A stretch of DNA of 64,000 nt from Candidatus Omnitrophota bacterium. GTDB lineage: Bacteria; Omnitrophota; Omnitrophia; Omnitrophales; Aquincolibacteriaceae. Every line of letters begins with the position of its first letter. Positions within the stretch are counted from its first letter, which is position 1. Positions 10,129 through 22,520 of this stretch are shown in pieces. Under the pieces are notes generated by a model. That model searched no databases. It worked only from the letters and a program-made list of their open reading frames with translations, and was not told the origin of the DNA. The position numbers and the translations under genes are program-made. The DNA lies in the NCBI GenBank assembly GCA_903856085.1, contig CAIOAT010000029.1, forward strand, positions 3,507-67,506. The letters are read 5' to 3'.

Positions 10129-10168
10129 AAATAATGCGGTCGCCTTTATTTTAATTTGGCGGAAAAGA

Positions 10169-10259
10169 TGGCGGAGAGGGCGAGATTCGAACTCGCGAGA
10201 CCTTGTGAGTCTACCCGCTTTCCAGGCGAGCGCACTAGACCAGGCTATGCGACCTCTCC
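10169..10259 (-). tRNA. tRNA-Ser(GGA)
   Basis: Acceptor stem GGAGAGG/CCTCTCC with G-CCA, anticodon loop CT-GGA-AA, long variable arm, TTCGAAT. Confidence 0.96.
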
Positions 10260-10386
10260 ATAAATGAGCGCCTGACTTACGGCGCCAAAAGCGACGTCAA
10301 GTCAGCCGTGCGAATTTCTGCCGCGACCCCGCGGCCTGGCGGGCGAAACGGAGATTTTTGTGTTCCCCGCGCATAAAGCACGCTAG

Positions 10387-10415
10387 AGTTTATTTATTTC
10401 AGATAAAACAATCAA
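10387..10415 (-). promoter_or_regulatory. Sigma70-type promoter for tRNA-Ser(GGA)
   Basis: TTGATT-17 bp-TAAACT on the minus strand. Confidence 0.6.
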
Positions 10416-10433
10416 GGAATGAAAACGCCTCGC

Positions 10434-11705
10434 TTACGCCAGGTAAGGCTGCAGAGCTTTCGGAAAAAGAATCTGTCCGTTCGCATCCTGGAAATTTTCG
10501 AGGAGACAAAGAACGATCCTGGCGAGCGCTAACCCAGAGCCGTTGAGCGTATGAACGAATTCGAGTTTCTTGGTTTGGGCATTCCGGTAGCGGATATTCA
10601 TCCTCCGCGCCTGAAAATCCGTAAACAGGCTGCAGCTTGAAACCTCAAACCATTTCTGCGTCGCGGGCGCCCAGACCTCGAGATCAAAACACTTCGCAGC
10701 CGCGAAGCTCATGTCTCCGCTCCCGAGGAGTAAGACGCGATACGGAAGTTCCAGCGCTTGAAGGACTTCTTCGGCATCGTTCACGAGAGATTCGAGTTCC
10801 TTCTCCGAATTTTCCGGCTTTACAAACTTCACCATCTCGACTTTGTCGAATTGATGAACGCGCGAAAGCCCACGGGTGTCTTTCCCGTAAGAGCCTGCTT
10901 CCTTGCGAAAACACGGTGTGTATCCCGTGTATTTAACCGGGAGATCTTTTTCTTCGATCGTTTCGTCGCGCATCAAATTAGTGATCGGAACTTCCGCTGT
11001 CGGAATAAGAAAATAAGAACCCTTTTCTTCACCTTCCCCCGCCGCCAGGGCGTACATGTCCTCTTCCATTTTAGGGATCTGCCCAGTACCCCTCATGGAA
11101 GCGCGATTGACAATGGCTGGGGCCCAGACCTCCGTGTAGCCGTGTTTTTTAATATGCAGGTCGATCATGAAGTTGATCAAGGCCCGTTCAAGCTTGGCGC
11201 CTGCTCCAAAGTAGACTGGAAAGCCCGCCCCAGTGATCTTGCTTCCCTTTTCCATAGAGAACAGGCCTAGCTTGGAGGCTAGATCGAGGTGGTCTTTCGC
11301 CTTAAATTCATGCTTCCGGGGCTCGCCCCATGTCCGGACTACTTTATTGCCCTCTGCGCCCTTGCAAACAGGGACATCTTTCATTGGCAAATTAGGGATT
11401 GAAAGCATTATTTTATCTATTTTTTCTGATAATTCACCCACTTTTGAATCAAAATCTGCTATTTTTTGGGCTGCCGCCTTCATTTCTAATATAATGGAGT
11501 CTGCGGGGTGTCCCTGTTTCTTGAGGCGGGCAATCTCATCGCTGGCGGAATTCCTCTTTGCCTTAAGCTCCTCGCTTTGTTTCAGGAGGGTTCTCTTGTC
11601 CAAGTCAAGATCAAGGAGGGTTTGGATGCCGGCTGAAACCCCTTTGGCGTCAAGGCCTTGGGCGACTTGTTCGGGATTTTCACGGATGAACTTTAGGTCG
11701 AGCAT
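10434..11705 (-). CDS. serS: Serine--tRNA ligase
   Basis: MLDLKFIREN, LIPTAEVP, FRKEAG, RVHQFDKVE, EVSSCS, HTLNGSGLA. Confidence 0.98.
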   Translation of the reverse strand: MLDLKFIRENPEQVAQGLDAKGVSAGIQTLLDLDLDKRTLLKQSEELKAKRNSASDEIARLKKQGHPADSIILEMKAAAQKIADFDSKVGELSEKIDKIMLSIPNLPMKDVPVCKGAEGNKVVRTWGEPRKHEFKAKDHLDLASKLGLFSMEKGSKITGAGFPVYFGAGAKLERALINFMIDLHIKKHGYTEVWAPAIVNRASMRGTGQIPKMEEDMYALAAGEGEEKGSYFLIPTAEVPITNLMRDETIEEKDLPVKYTGYTPCFRKEAGSYGKDTRGLSRVHQFDKVEMVKFVKPENSEKELESLVNDAEEVLQALELPYRVLLLGSGDMSFAAAKCFDLEVWAPATQKWFEVSSCSLFTDFQARRMNIRYRNAQTKKLEFVHTLNGSGLALARIVLCLLENFQDANGQILFPKALQPYLA

Positions 11706-11718
11706 GACGCGTGGATTC

Positions 11719-14235
11719 CTATTTAGAACTTTTCTTCGCTTCCGCTTTGTCTTCCAACAGCTCCAGCTGACCTGAGTCAGCCTCTTCTTCTTTGGCGACT
11801 ACTCGCGTCGCGGAGGCGATCTTATCCTTTTCTTTGAGGCGCATGACATGAACGCCTACGGCATTACGCCCCGAGGTGCGGATCTGGCTAACGGGGCAAC
11901 GCACGACCATCCCGCTCGTCGTCACAATGATGATCTCGTCTTCTTCGGCAACGGTCAGAACGTTCACGACCTTACCGTTTTTCTCGGAAACCTTGATGTT
12001 AATGATGCCTTTGCCGCCACGGGATTGAATGCGATATTGGGCAAAAAGTGTTTTTTTGCCAAAACCGTTCTGTGTAACCGTGAGAGCCGTGGATTTTGGA
12101 TTCACGATCTCAGCCGCGATCACTTCATCCCCTTTGGCCAGATTCATGCCGCGGACCCCGGTCGCGTTGCGGCCCATTTCGCGCACGTTGTCTTCCTTGA
12201 ATCGGATCGCCTTGCCGTCACGCGTCGCGATGAAGATCTCGTCTTTGCCGGAGGTGATCTTGCAGGCCACAAGCTCATCTTTGTCGCGCAGCGTAATGGC
12301 GTTGATGCCGTTGGAGCGTGGCCGCGAATATTCGATGAGGTTGGTCTTTTTGATCACGCCCTTGGCCGTCACCATGAGCACGAACCGCTTGTCGTCAAAT
12401 TCTTTGACCTGTAAAAATCCTGAGACTTGCTCGTTCTGCGCGAGGGAAAGAAAGTTCACGATTGCTTTCCCCTTGGCTTGACGAGAAGCTTGGGGGATGT
12501 CATAGGCTTTGCGCCAGTACACGCGCCCCTGATTGGTGAAAAACATGATAAAGTCATGCGTCGAAGCGAGGAACAGATGCTCGATGAAATCCTCGTCGTC
12601 GCGAACGCCTGCGCCTGACACGCCGCTGCCGCCGCGATTTTGCCTGCGGTACATGCTGACCGGAATGCGCTTGATGTATCCTGCGTGCGAAATCGTGATG
12701 AGCACGTCTTCCTGCGCGATCAGATCTTCGATGTCGATATCCCCTTCCGCAGCAACGATCTGGGTCCTGCGTTCATCCCCGTATTTTTTAAGGATCTCCA
12801 TCGTTTCTTCTTTGATGATGTCGAGGACCTTCCGCCGGCTCTTCAGGACGGATCTGTAATATTCGATCTTTTTGATGAGCTCAAGATATTCCTCGTCAAT
12901 TTTGACGCGCTCTAGTTGGGTCAGACGTTGGAGCTGCAGCTCGAGAATCGCCTTAGCCTGGATCTCCGAGAGCTTGAGCTCTTTCATCAAACGTTCTTTG
13001 GCAAGCTCCGGACTCTTGGAGGTGCGGATGATCCGGATGACCTTGTCGATGTTCGCGATGGCTTTTTTCAAACCCTCAAGGATGTGTGCCCGCTTTTCCG
13101 CCTTATCGAGTTCGAACCTCGTCCGCCGCATGATGACCTCGACTCGAAAATCGATGAACCGCTCCAACATCTGCTTGAGCGTGAGGACGCGCGGTTGGCC
13201 GTCGACTAAAGCAAGCATGATGATTCCAAAGGTCGACCTCATCTGCGTGTGCTTGTAAAGATTGTTTAAAATAACCTGGGGGATGGTGTCTTTTTTGAGC
13301 TCGATCACAATGCGCATTCCGTCCCGATCCGATTCGTCGCGAAGATCCGAAACGCCTTCGATCTTTTTGTCTTCAACAAGCCGCACGATTGATTCGATCA
13401 GATTCGTTTTGTTCACCTGATAAGGGATCTCGGTGATGATGATAGCGTCTTTTTTGCTGCGTCCTGTCTCGATCGAGGCTTTCGCGCGCATGACCACCTG
13501 CCCTCGTCCGGTCTCATAGGCCCGCTTAATCCCTTCGCGGCCAACGATCAGCCCTGCGGTTGGAAAATCCGGTCCTGTGACGATCTTGGAAAGTTCTTTC
13601 ACGGTCACGTCGGGATTATCGATCGTCGCGAGGAGCGCCTTTGCGACCTCTGTCAAATTGTGTGGCGGTATATTGGTCGCCATGCCCACCGCAATCCCGC
13701 TCGACCCATTGATCAGAAGATTAGGAAGCTTGGAAGGAAGAATCGCGGGTTCGACAAGGGATTCATCGAAGTTCGGAACGAAATCTACCGTGTTTTTGTC
13801 GATGTCTGTCAGGAGTTCATTGCTCGCGCTTGAAAGCCGGGCCTCGGTATAACGCATGGCCGCGGCATTGTCTCCATCGATGGAGCCAAAGTTCCCCTGT
13901 CCTTCCACGAGCGGATAACGAAGCGAGAAATCCTGCGCCATGCGAACCATGGACTCATAAACCGCGGTGTCCCCATGCGGATGGTATTTGCCGAGCACTT
14001 CTCCGACGATACGGGCGGATTTTTTATAAGCCTTGCTGTGCGTGAGCCCGAGCTCGTTCATGGCGAACAAAATGCGGCGATGGACAGGCTTCAACCCGTC
14101 GCGAACGTCCGGAAGCGCGCGCCCGACAATGACCGACATTGCATAATCGATGTAGGAGTCTTTCATCTCCTCTTCGATGGGTCGAAGGATGATCTTTTCA
14201 TTCATTGCGTATAAATTTTTTTGTTCTTCCGCCAT
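11719..14235 (-). CDS. gyrA: DNA gyrase subunit A
   Basis: [27 protein letters not shown], GyrA-box QNRGGSG, beta-pinwheel repeats. Confidence 0.98.
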   Translation of the reverse strand: MAEEQKNLYAMNEKIILRPIEEEMKDSYIDYAMSVIVGRALPDVRDGLKPVHRRILFAMNELGLTHSKAYKKSARIVGEVLGKYHPHGDTAVYESMVRMAQDFSLRYPLVEGQGNFGSIDGDNAAAMRYTEARLSSASNELLTDIDKNTVDFVPNFDESLVEPAILPSKLPNLLINGSSGIAVGMATNIPPHNLTEVAKALLATIDNPDVTVKELSKIVTGPDFPTAGLIVGREGIKRAYETGRGQVVMRAKASIETGRSKKDAIIITEIPYQVNKTNLIESIVRLVEDKKIEGVSDLRDESDRDGMRIVIELKKDTIPQVILNNLYKHTQMRSTFGIIMLALVDGQPRVLTLKQMLERFIDFRVEVIMRRTRFELDKAEKRAHILEGLKKAIANIDKVIRIIRTSKSPELAKERLMKELKLSEIQAKAILELQLQRLTQLERVKIDEEYLELIKKIEYYRSVLKSRRKVLDIIKEETMEILKKYGDERRTQIVAAEGDIDIEDLIAQEDVLITISHAGYIKRIPVSMYRRQNRGGSGVSGAGVRDDEDFIEHLFLASTHDFIMFFTNQGRVYWRKAYDIPQASRQAKGKAIVNFLSLAQNEQVSGFLQVKEFDDKRFVLMVTAKGVIKKTNLIEYSRPRSNGINAITLRDKDELVACKITSGKDEIFIATRDGKAIRFKEDNVREMGRNATGVRGMNLAKGDEVIAAEIVNPKSTALTVTQNGFGKKTLFAQYRIQSRGGKGIINIKVSEKNGKVVNVLTVAEEDEIIIVTTSGMVVRCPVSQIRTSGRNAVGVHVMRLKEKDKIASATRVVAKEEEADSGQLELLEDKAEAKKSSK

Positions 14236-14283
14236 GATAGCTTTCCTTTAATGAGCCCCGCCGCTTTGCGAAAACGGGACGAA

Positions 14284-17122
<2,839 letters not shown>

Positions 17123-17155
17123 GAAGAACCGTTCTATTATCGTCCTTTTTCCCGG

Positions 17156-18256
17156 CTAGTTAAGCTGCATCGGCATGATCACGTAAAGATATCCTTCGCG
17201 CCCCTTGATCAGCCCCGGCTTGTCTGGGCTTGTTAAAGAAATACTAATATTTTCATCGGAAAGGTTTTTCAAGACATCTAAAAAATATCCCGGGTTGAAA
17301 CCGATGGTTATTTCCTCTCCCTTAAAATCGGCCGAAAGCTCTTCTTTCGCCTCTCCCATGTTTGGGGTTTTGGCGGAAATAATGATTTTGTTTTTTATAA
17401 AATCAAATTTGAGCGCGGGAGCTTCTGGGGAGGTTAAAAGCGCCGCTCGCCGAACTGCTTGCAAAAATTCTTCCCGGTTCGCGTGAACCAGAGTTTTTTC
17501 TTCTTTAGGGATCACCTGATCGTAGTTTGGAAAATTTCCTTCAATAAGACTGGAGGTGAGAAAGGTGTCCTCGAGAGAAAAAATGACTTTGTTTTGCGTG
17601 TGAATGATTTTTACCACCCCCTCCCATCCTAAAAGCTTTAAAAGCTCGTGGATGGTTTTCGCGGGAATAATCATCTCCATACTTTTACTGTTTTTTTGTT
17701 TCGTCTCTTTTTTATAAAAAGCCAGCCTTCTCCCATCTGTTGCCACAAAACGTATATTGTTCCCCTGTATAGAGAGAAGCACTCCGTTTAAAACATACCT
17801 CGTTTCGTCATGGGAAATTGCAAAAGAGGTTAGCAAAAGACTTTCCTTTATAACCGCTTGCTCTATCTCGATCGCGTCCTCGAGAGAAAAATCGGGTAGT
17901 TTAGGGTATTCCTCTTTATCCAAACCCATGATTTTAAAATTAGATTTTCCTGCTTTAATATTAACAGTGTTGTTTTTGGTAACGTTTATTTCCACAAGTC
18001 CTTCGGGAAGCTCTTTTATAATATCAAAAAACTTTCTCGCGGGAACGGTGATGCTTCCGCTCTGTAGAATCTCCACTGGTAATAGTGTGGAGATCCCCAC
18101 TTCCATATCAGTAGCAATAATTTTAAGCTTTCCGTCTTTTTGAGTTTCCAGGAGAAGATTGTTTAATATGGGGAGGGTGCTTGGTTTTGATGCGGCAATA
18201 TTTACTCCCAAAGTGATTTTTTTTAACAATTCGCTCTTTTGCACTTTAATTTCCAT
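17156..18256 (-). CDS. dnaN: DNA polymerase III beta clamp
   Basis: ATDME, TRYVLNG, VATDGRRLA, GFNPGY, YVIMPM. Confidence 0.97.
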   Translation of the reverse strand: MEIKVQKSELLKKITLGVNIAASKPSTLPILNNLLLETQKDGKLKIIATDMEVGISTLLPVEILQSGSITVPARKFFDIIKELPEGLVEINVTKNNTVNIKAGKSNFKIMGLDKEEYPKLPDFSLEDAIEIEQAVIKESLLLTSFAISHDETRYVLNGVLLSIQGNNIRFVATDGRRLAFYKKETKQKNSKSMEMIIPAKTIHELLKLLGWEGVVKIIHTQNKVIFSLEDTFLTSSLIEGNFPNYDQVIPKEEKTLVHANREEFLQAVRRAALLTSPEAPALKFDFIKNKIIISAKTPNMGEAKEELSADFKGEEITIGFNPGYFLDVLKNLSDENISISLTSPDKPGLIKGREGYLYVIMPMQLN

Positions 18257-18388
18257 AAAAGCTCCTTCTTCTTTTATTCTATATTAAAAACAGAAGTCTT
18301 AGTAATAAGACCTGTGAATTTGTGGATATCCTACACAACTATTTTAAAAAGAACGAGATATAAAAAAGTTTTTTTGTGGAAAACGCCA
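18257..18388. other. oriC unwinding region (DnaA boxes and DnaA-trios)
   Basis: TGTGGATAT at 18321-18329, TGTGAATTT at 18313-18321, TGTGGAAAA at 18375-18383. The minus strand reads ...CACAGG TCT TAT TAC TAA GAC TTC then an AT-rich run, like the B. subtilis basal unwinding element. Confidence 0.85.
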
Positions 18389-19747
18389 CTACTTTTTTAA
18401 CAGCCCCGTTAACTTATCCAACAAGCTTCGCACCCCAACATCTTTATCTCTTTCTCCCGCGATTTTATTACAAGAGTGAAGAACAGTGGTGTGGTCTTTC
18501 CCTCCAAAAAATTCTCCAATCTCAGGAAAAGAGTGCGTTGTTAGTTCCCGGACCAGATACATCGCTATCTGTCGTGGACGCACAATAGAAACAGTCCTTT
18601 TTTTTGCCCGGAGATCTGAAACCTTTAAATTAAAATAGTCCGCCACCACCTTTTGAATGCCTTCTATGGTAAATTTTTGAGCTTCTTCTTTGAAAGAATC
18701 TTTCAATATCTCTTGAGCGAGGCGAACATCTACTTTGGAGTCGGTAAGAGTGCAATAAGCCACAACGCGGATAAGAGCGCCCTCCAATTCCCGGATATTC
18801 GACTTGATTTTTCCCGCAATAAAATACGACACATCATCAGGCACCACAACGGTTTCCAGCTCCATCTTCTTCTTTAAAATCGCGACGCGAGTTTCAAAAT
18901 CCGGCGGCTGGATGTCTGTGACAAGACCCCAGCCAAAACGAGAAACAAGCCGCTCTTCCAATCCCGGGATCTCACGGGGAGGCCGGTCGCTTGTGACAAC
19001 GATCTGCTTGTGAGCGTCGTAAAGAGTATTGAAGGTATTAAAGAACTCTTCCTGGGTAGAATTTTTTTCTGCTATAAAATGAACATCGTCGATTAGCAAA
19101 AGATCAAGGGTGCGATATTTTGCTCGGAACTGAGGGGTTGATTTTGTTTGAATGGCCGTGATCAGCTGATTGGTGAACTTTTCACTGGAAATGTACAGGA
19201 TCTTAAACTCCGGATGGCGCCTTTTCATCTCGTGGGCGATGGATTGTAAGAGATGGGTTTTTCCAAGACCCGTTGGGCCGTAAATAAAGAGAGGGTTGTA
19301 CTGTTTGGCCGGAGATTCGCTGACGGCGACGGAAGCCGCATGGGCAAAGCGGTTCCCTGGGCCGATCACAAAAGCATCAAAGGTGTATTTTTGATTCAAT
19401 CCCACGAGGACCTCATCCCTTTCTTTTGTCGGGGAAGAAATAGGCAGTGAGGGCGCAGCCTTGGGGAGCTCGACTACTTGATAGAGAATTTTCAAGGGGC
19501 GCCCGAGAACTTCTTCAGCAGAAGCAAGAATAAGGTTCTGATAGTGGTCTTCAAGCCATTTCCCATAGTATTGATCAGGGACGCTCAAGGTGAGAGCTTC
19601 AGCAGAAACGTCCAGGAGAGAAATGGGCTCAAACCAAGTTTTAAAAGACCGCTCGCTTAATTCCCGCGAGAGAAGAGAGCAAATTTTTTTCCAAAGGTCC
19701 GCCGGGGAGGTACCAGGGAGCGAAGAAAGGGGCTGATTTACTGACAT
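18389..19747 (-). CDS. dnaA: Chromosomal replication initiator DnaA
   Basis: YNPLFIYGPTGLGKTHL, LLIDDVHF, RELEGAL, RQIAMYL, GGKDHTTVLHS. Confidence 0.98.
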   Translation of the reverse strand: MSVNQPLSSLPGTSPADLWKKICSLLSRELSERSFKTWFEPISLLDVSAEALTLSVPDQYYGKWLEDHYQNLILASAEEVLGRPLKILYQVVELPKAAPSLPISSPTKERDEVLVGLNQKYTFDAFVIGPGNRFAHAASVAVSESPAKQYNPLFIYGPTGLGKTHLLQSIAHEMKRRHPEFKILYISSEKFTNQLITAIQTKSTPQFRAKYRTLDLLLIDDVHFIAEKNSTQEEFFNTFNTLYDAHKQIVVTSDRPPREIPGLEERLVSRFGWGLVTDIQPPDFETRVAILKKKMELETVVVPDDVSYFIAGKIKSNIRELEGALIRVVAYCTLTDSKVDVRLAQEILKDSFKEEAQKFTIEGIQKVVADYFNLKVSDLRAKKRTVSIVRPRQIAMYLVRELTTHSFPEIGEFFGGKDHTTVLHSCNKIAGERDKDVGVRSLLDKLTGLLKK

Positions 19748-20084
19748 AAGGACTCTTTTATAGTTATAAACAGGTTATTAATAAGAAAAAATTTATTATT
19801 TCCAATAATGTATTCTAATGAGATAAAATTACTTAAAATCAATAAATAGCTTATAAACATGTTTTCAACAGCGAAAAACAGGCCAAAATAAACGTTCGCT
19901 CCCAGACAAGGGGCGAACGCAACTCACAAGAGAGGTCATTCTACAGCAAAAAAATATTTTGTCCACGGGCAAAAAAAATTTTAACAAAAGAAAAGGTGAG
20001 AAAAGAAAAAGGGGAAAAGTTTTTTTGCCAGATCAAAATAAAACGCTGGATATTACCAGCGAACTTCACTATAATTCACGCCTC
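19748..20084. promoter_or_regulatory. AT-rich dnaA/rpmH divergent promoter region with degenerate DnaA-box pairs (second half of a bipartite origin)
   Basis: TTATAAACA at 19764 and 19851, each followed after 2 bp by TTATTAATA or TTTTCAACA; TATAAT at 20070-20075. Confidence 0.6.
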
Positions 20085-20222
20085 ATGAAAAGAACATACC
20101 AGCCTTCCAAAAGAAAACGTCGTAACAAGCACGGCTTTCTTGCCCGCACGCGGACTGCCGGAGGACGGAAAGTCCTCGCGCGCCGCCGGAAAAAGGGCCG
20201 GAAAAAGCTGACCCAAGTCTAA
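20085..20222 (+). CDS. rpmH: 50S ribosomal protein L34
   Basis: [21 protein letters not shown]...[10 protein letters not shown]. Confidence 0.97.
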   Translation: MKRTYQPSKRKRRNKHGFLARTRTAGGRKVLARRRKKGRKKLTQV

Positions 20223-20225
20223 GCG

Positions 20226-20603
20226 TTGGAGCCAAAGAAGCGGCTCGGCGCGGAGCAGCGGATCCGCCGGCAAACGACCTTCAAATATCTCGTCGAGAGA
20301 GGACAATTCGCTCGAGGAGAGTTTTTTTATTTGTGGGTCGGCAAGCATGACGACAAAGAACGCACGGCTCTGAAACAAAAGCCCATGATCGGGATCGTGG
20401 TGAGCCGCAAAACGGATCCGACCGCAGTGGGACGGAACCTTTGGAAGCGCCGTGTCCGGGAGATTTTCCGGGAGAAGCAAGCGCAACTTCACCCAAAAGC
20501 GGTTTGTCTGGTGAAAGTTCGCCACACACAAAAGAAACCTTCTTTTTCGGCCGCGGAAGAAGACCTCGTCAAGCTTTTCAAAAAGGCAGGAGCCTGGGCG
20601 TGA
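20226..20603 (+). CDS. rnpA: RNase P protein component
   Basis: GIVVSRK...AVGRNLWKRRVRE (RNR motif); follows rpmH. Confidence 0.92.
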   Translation: MEPKKRLGAEQRIRRQTTFKYLVERGQFARGEFFYLWVGKHDDKERTALKQKPMIGIVVSRKTDPTAVGRNLWKRRVREIFREKQAQLHPKAVCLVKVRHTQKKPSFSAAEEDLVKLFKKAGAWA

Positions 20604-20809
20604 AATATTTCCTGATCCTCGCAATCCGTTTTTATCGCGCTTGCGTTGCGCCGCTTTGGGGTCCCTGTTGTCGCTTTACTCCGAGCTGTTCCGCTTATGC
20701 GGAAGAAGCGATGAGAAAAAAAGGCGCCCTTTCCGGCATGCGCCTTGCGTTCCTGAGGCTTTGCAAATGTCACCCCTTTCACCCCGGCGGATTCGACCCC
20801 GTTCAATAA
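20600..20809 (+). CDS. yidD: Membrane protein insertion efficiency factor
   Basis: GTG start overlapping the rnpA stop; CRFTPSCSAYA...CHPFHPGGFDPV. Confidence 0.93.
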   Translation: MKYFLILAIRFYRACVAPLWGPCCRFTPSCSAYAEEAMRKKGALSGMRLAFLRLCKCHPFHPGGFDPVQ

Positions 20810-20817
20810 GGAAAAAT

Positions 20818-22443
20818 ATGGATAAAAACACCGTTAAAGCAATCGTTCTCGCCATGATGGTCATGTTGCTTTACCCCATGCTTCTTAAGAAATTCTATCC
20901 CGCAGCATACCAGAAACAGCCCGCGAAGACGGCGGTCTCTCAGAGCGCGCCCGCCCCCCTGAAGGCAGAAACAGCTCTTGCGGCGTCCGAAGGGACGGCG
21001 CTGGAAAAGGCGGGAGCCCCGGCGGTCGTGTTTTTCGAGAACTCGTTTTACAAAGTGGAATTCTCCACGCTGGGCGGCACGATCACAGAGCTTTCTTTTC
21101 TGGGAGAGAAAGACCGCCAAGCTTTTACAAAAACAGACTTTTTTTTAGGCGATCCCCGCGAGTCCGGAATTTTTGGGGTGAGCTTTCTTCATGAGAACGC
21201 AGACCTTGCGGAAACAATCTTTAAAATGGTTCGCAAAGGTGAGAGCGTGGAGTTTTCCTATGAGATGCCCGGGGAATATCAACTGAGCAAAACCTATGTG
21301 TTTCGCGAAAACAGACCCGCGATCGATCTCATTGTCCGGATCAAGAATCTTTCCGGCCGCGAAAAACATTTTCCGGTTACGCTGAATTATGGAATGAGTT
21401 ACGAAGAGGGCTACCAGAAAAAATATGGATATTACGACGCGGTGGTCTCTTCCGACAAACTTCAGACCAAAGGGTTAGCCGGGATCAAGAGAAAAGGCTT
21501 TTTCTTCCCCGAACCAACCGCGTGGGCTGGTTTTATTAAAAAGTATTTCGCGCTGCTCGTGAAACCGGACGGAAAGATCATTGAGGGAAGCGCCAGGGTT
21601 GATAAGAAAAATCTTTGGGGGCAAATGACGCTGGAGCCTTTGACGGTGCCCGCGGGAGGAGAAGGCGAGCGAAGCTTTTTGATTTATGCCGGGCCGCAGC
21701 GCTCCGGGGTGCTTAAAAGTTTTGGGGCGGGTTTTGAAGAAGTTTTATCCCGAGGCTTCTTCGGGCTTTTTAAGACGGGGATTCTGACGGCGCTGAAATT
21801 TTTTAACCGATACACACATAATTTCGGATGGGCGCTTGTGCTCCTGACCTTTCTCATCAAACTGCTTTTTGCGCCGCTCACACATTTGAGCTATGCGAGC
21901 ATGAAAAAAATGCAAACCTTGGCGCCGAAGATGAAGTCAATCCAGGAACATCACAAAAAAGATCCCGCGAAATCCCAGCAAGAGATCATGGCGCTTTACC
22001 GGCGCAACAAAGTGAATCCGATGATGGGATGTCTTCCCATGCTGATCCAGATACCGGTTTTTATGGCCATGTTTAAACTTCTGCCCGAGGCGATCGAGCT
22101 TCATGGGGCTCCGTTCATCGGCTGGATCAAGGACCTTTCCGCTCCGGACCATTTTATGACACTCCCCTTCACCGTTCCTTTTCTGGGCTGGACCTCGCTT
22201 AACATTCTGCCGATCCTGATGGCCGGATCGCAGGTTTGGTATCAGAGGCTCATGCCGGCGCAACCGGGCTCGAGCCCTGAACAGAAGAGCATCATGAATA
22301 TTATGCCCATCTTTTTCGGGTTCATTTGTTACAACATGCCCGCAGGGCTCACGCTTTATTGGACCCTGCAGAACGTCTTTTCGATCATCCAGCAGACGTT
22401 CATTAATCGTATCGTGATCGTTCTGCACCACGAAGATCAATAA
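20818..22443 (+). CDS. yidC: Membrane protein insertase YidC
   Basis: N-terminal TM, periplasmic domain, YAGP, NFGWA, NPMMGCLPMLIQIP, PAGLTLYW; start taken at ATG 20818. Confidence 0.95.
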   Translation: MDKNTVKAIVLAMMVMLLYPMLLKKFYPAAYQKQPAKTAVSQSAPAPLKAETALAASEGTALEKAGAPAVVFFENSFYKVEFSTLGGTITELSFLGEKDRQAFTKTDFFLGDPRESGIFGVSFLHENADLAETIFKMVRKGESVEFSYEMPGEYQLSKTYVFRENRPAIDLIVRIKNLSGREKHFPVTLNYGMSYEEGYQKKYGYYDAVVSSDKLQTKGLAGIKRKGFFFPEPTAWAGFIKKYFALLVKPDGKIIEGSARVDKKNLWGQMTLEPLTVPAGGEGERSFLIYAGPQRSGVLKSFGAGFEEVLSRGFFGLFKTGILTALKFFNRYTHNFGWALVLLTFLIKLLFAPLTHLSYASMKKMQTLAPKMKSIQEHHKKDPAKSQQEIMALYRRNKVNPMMGCLPMLIQIPVFMAMFKLLPEAIELHGAPFIGWIKDLSAPDHFMTLPFTVPFLGWTSLNILPILMAGSQVWYQRLMPAQPGSSPEQKSIMNIMPIFFGFICYNMPAGLTLYWTLQNVFSIIQQTFINRIVIVLHHEDQ

Positions 22444-22449
22444 ATAACT

Positions 22450-22519
22450 CGGGGAACGTTCATCGGGGAACGGCAAACGGTAAGCGTTCTCCGTTCTACG
22501 TTTCCCGTTTCCCGGGAAA
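22450..22519. repeat. Heptamer-periodic inverted repeat (10 x CGnnnnn)
   Basis: cggggaa cgttcat cggggaa cggcaaa cggtaag cgttctc cgttcta cgtttcc cgtttcc cgggaaa; folds as a long hairpin. Confidence 0.8.
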
Positions 22520-22520
22520 A

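Noticed and set aside
11706-11718. T-box upstream of serS
   Set aside because: Only 13 bp separate gyrA and serS; there is no room for a leader.
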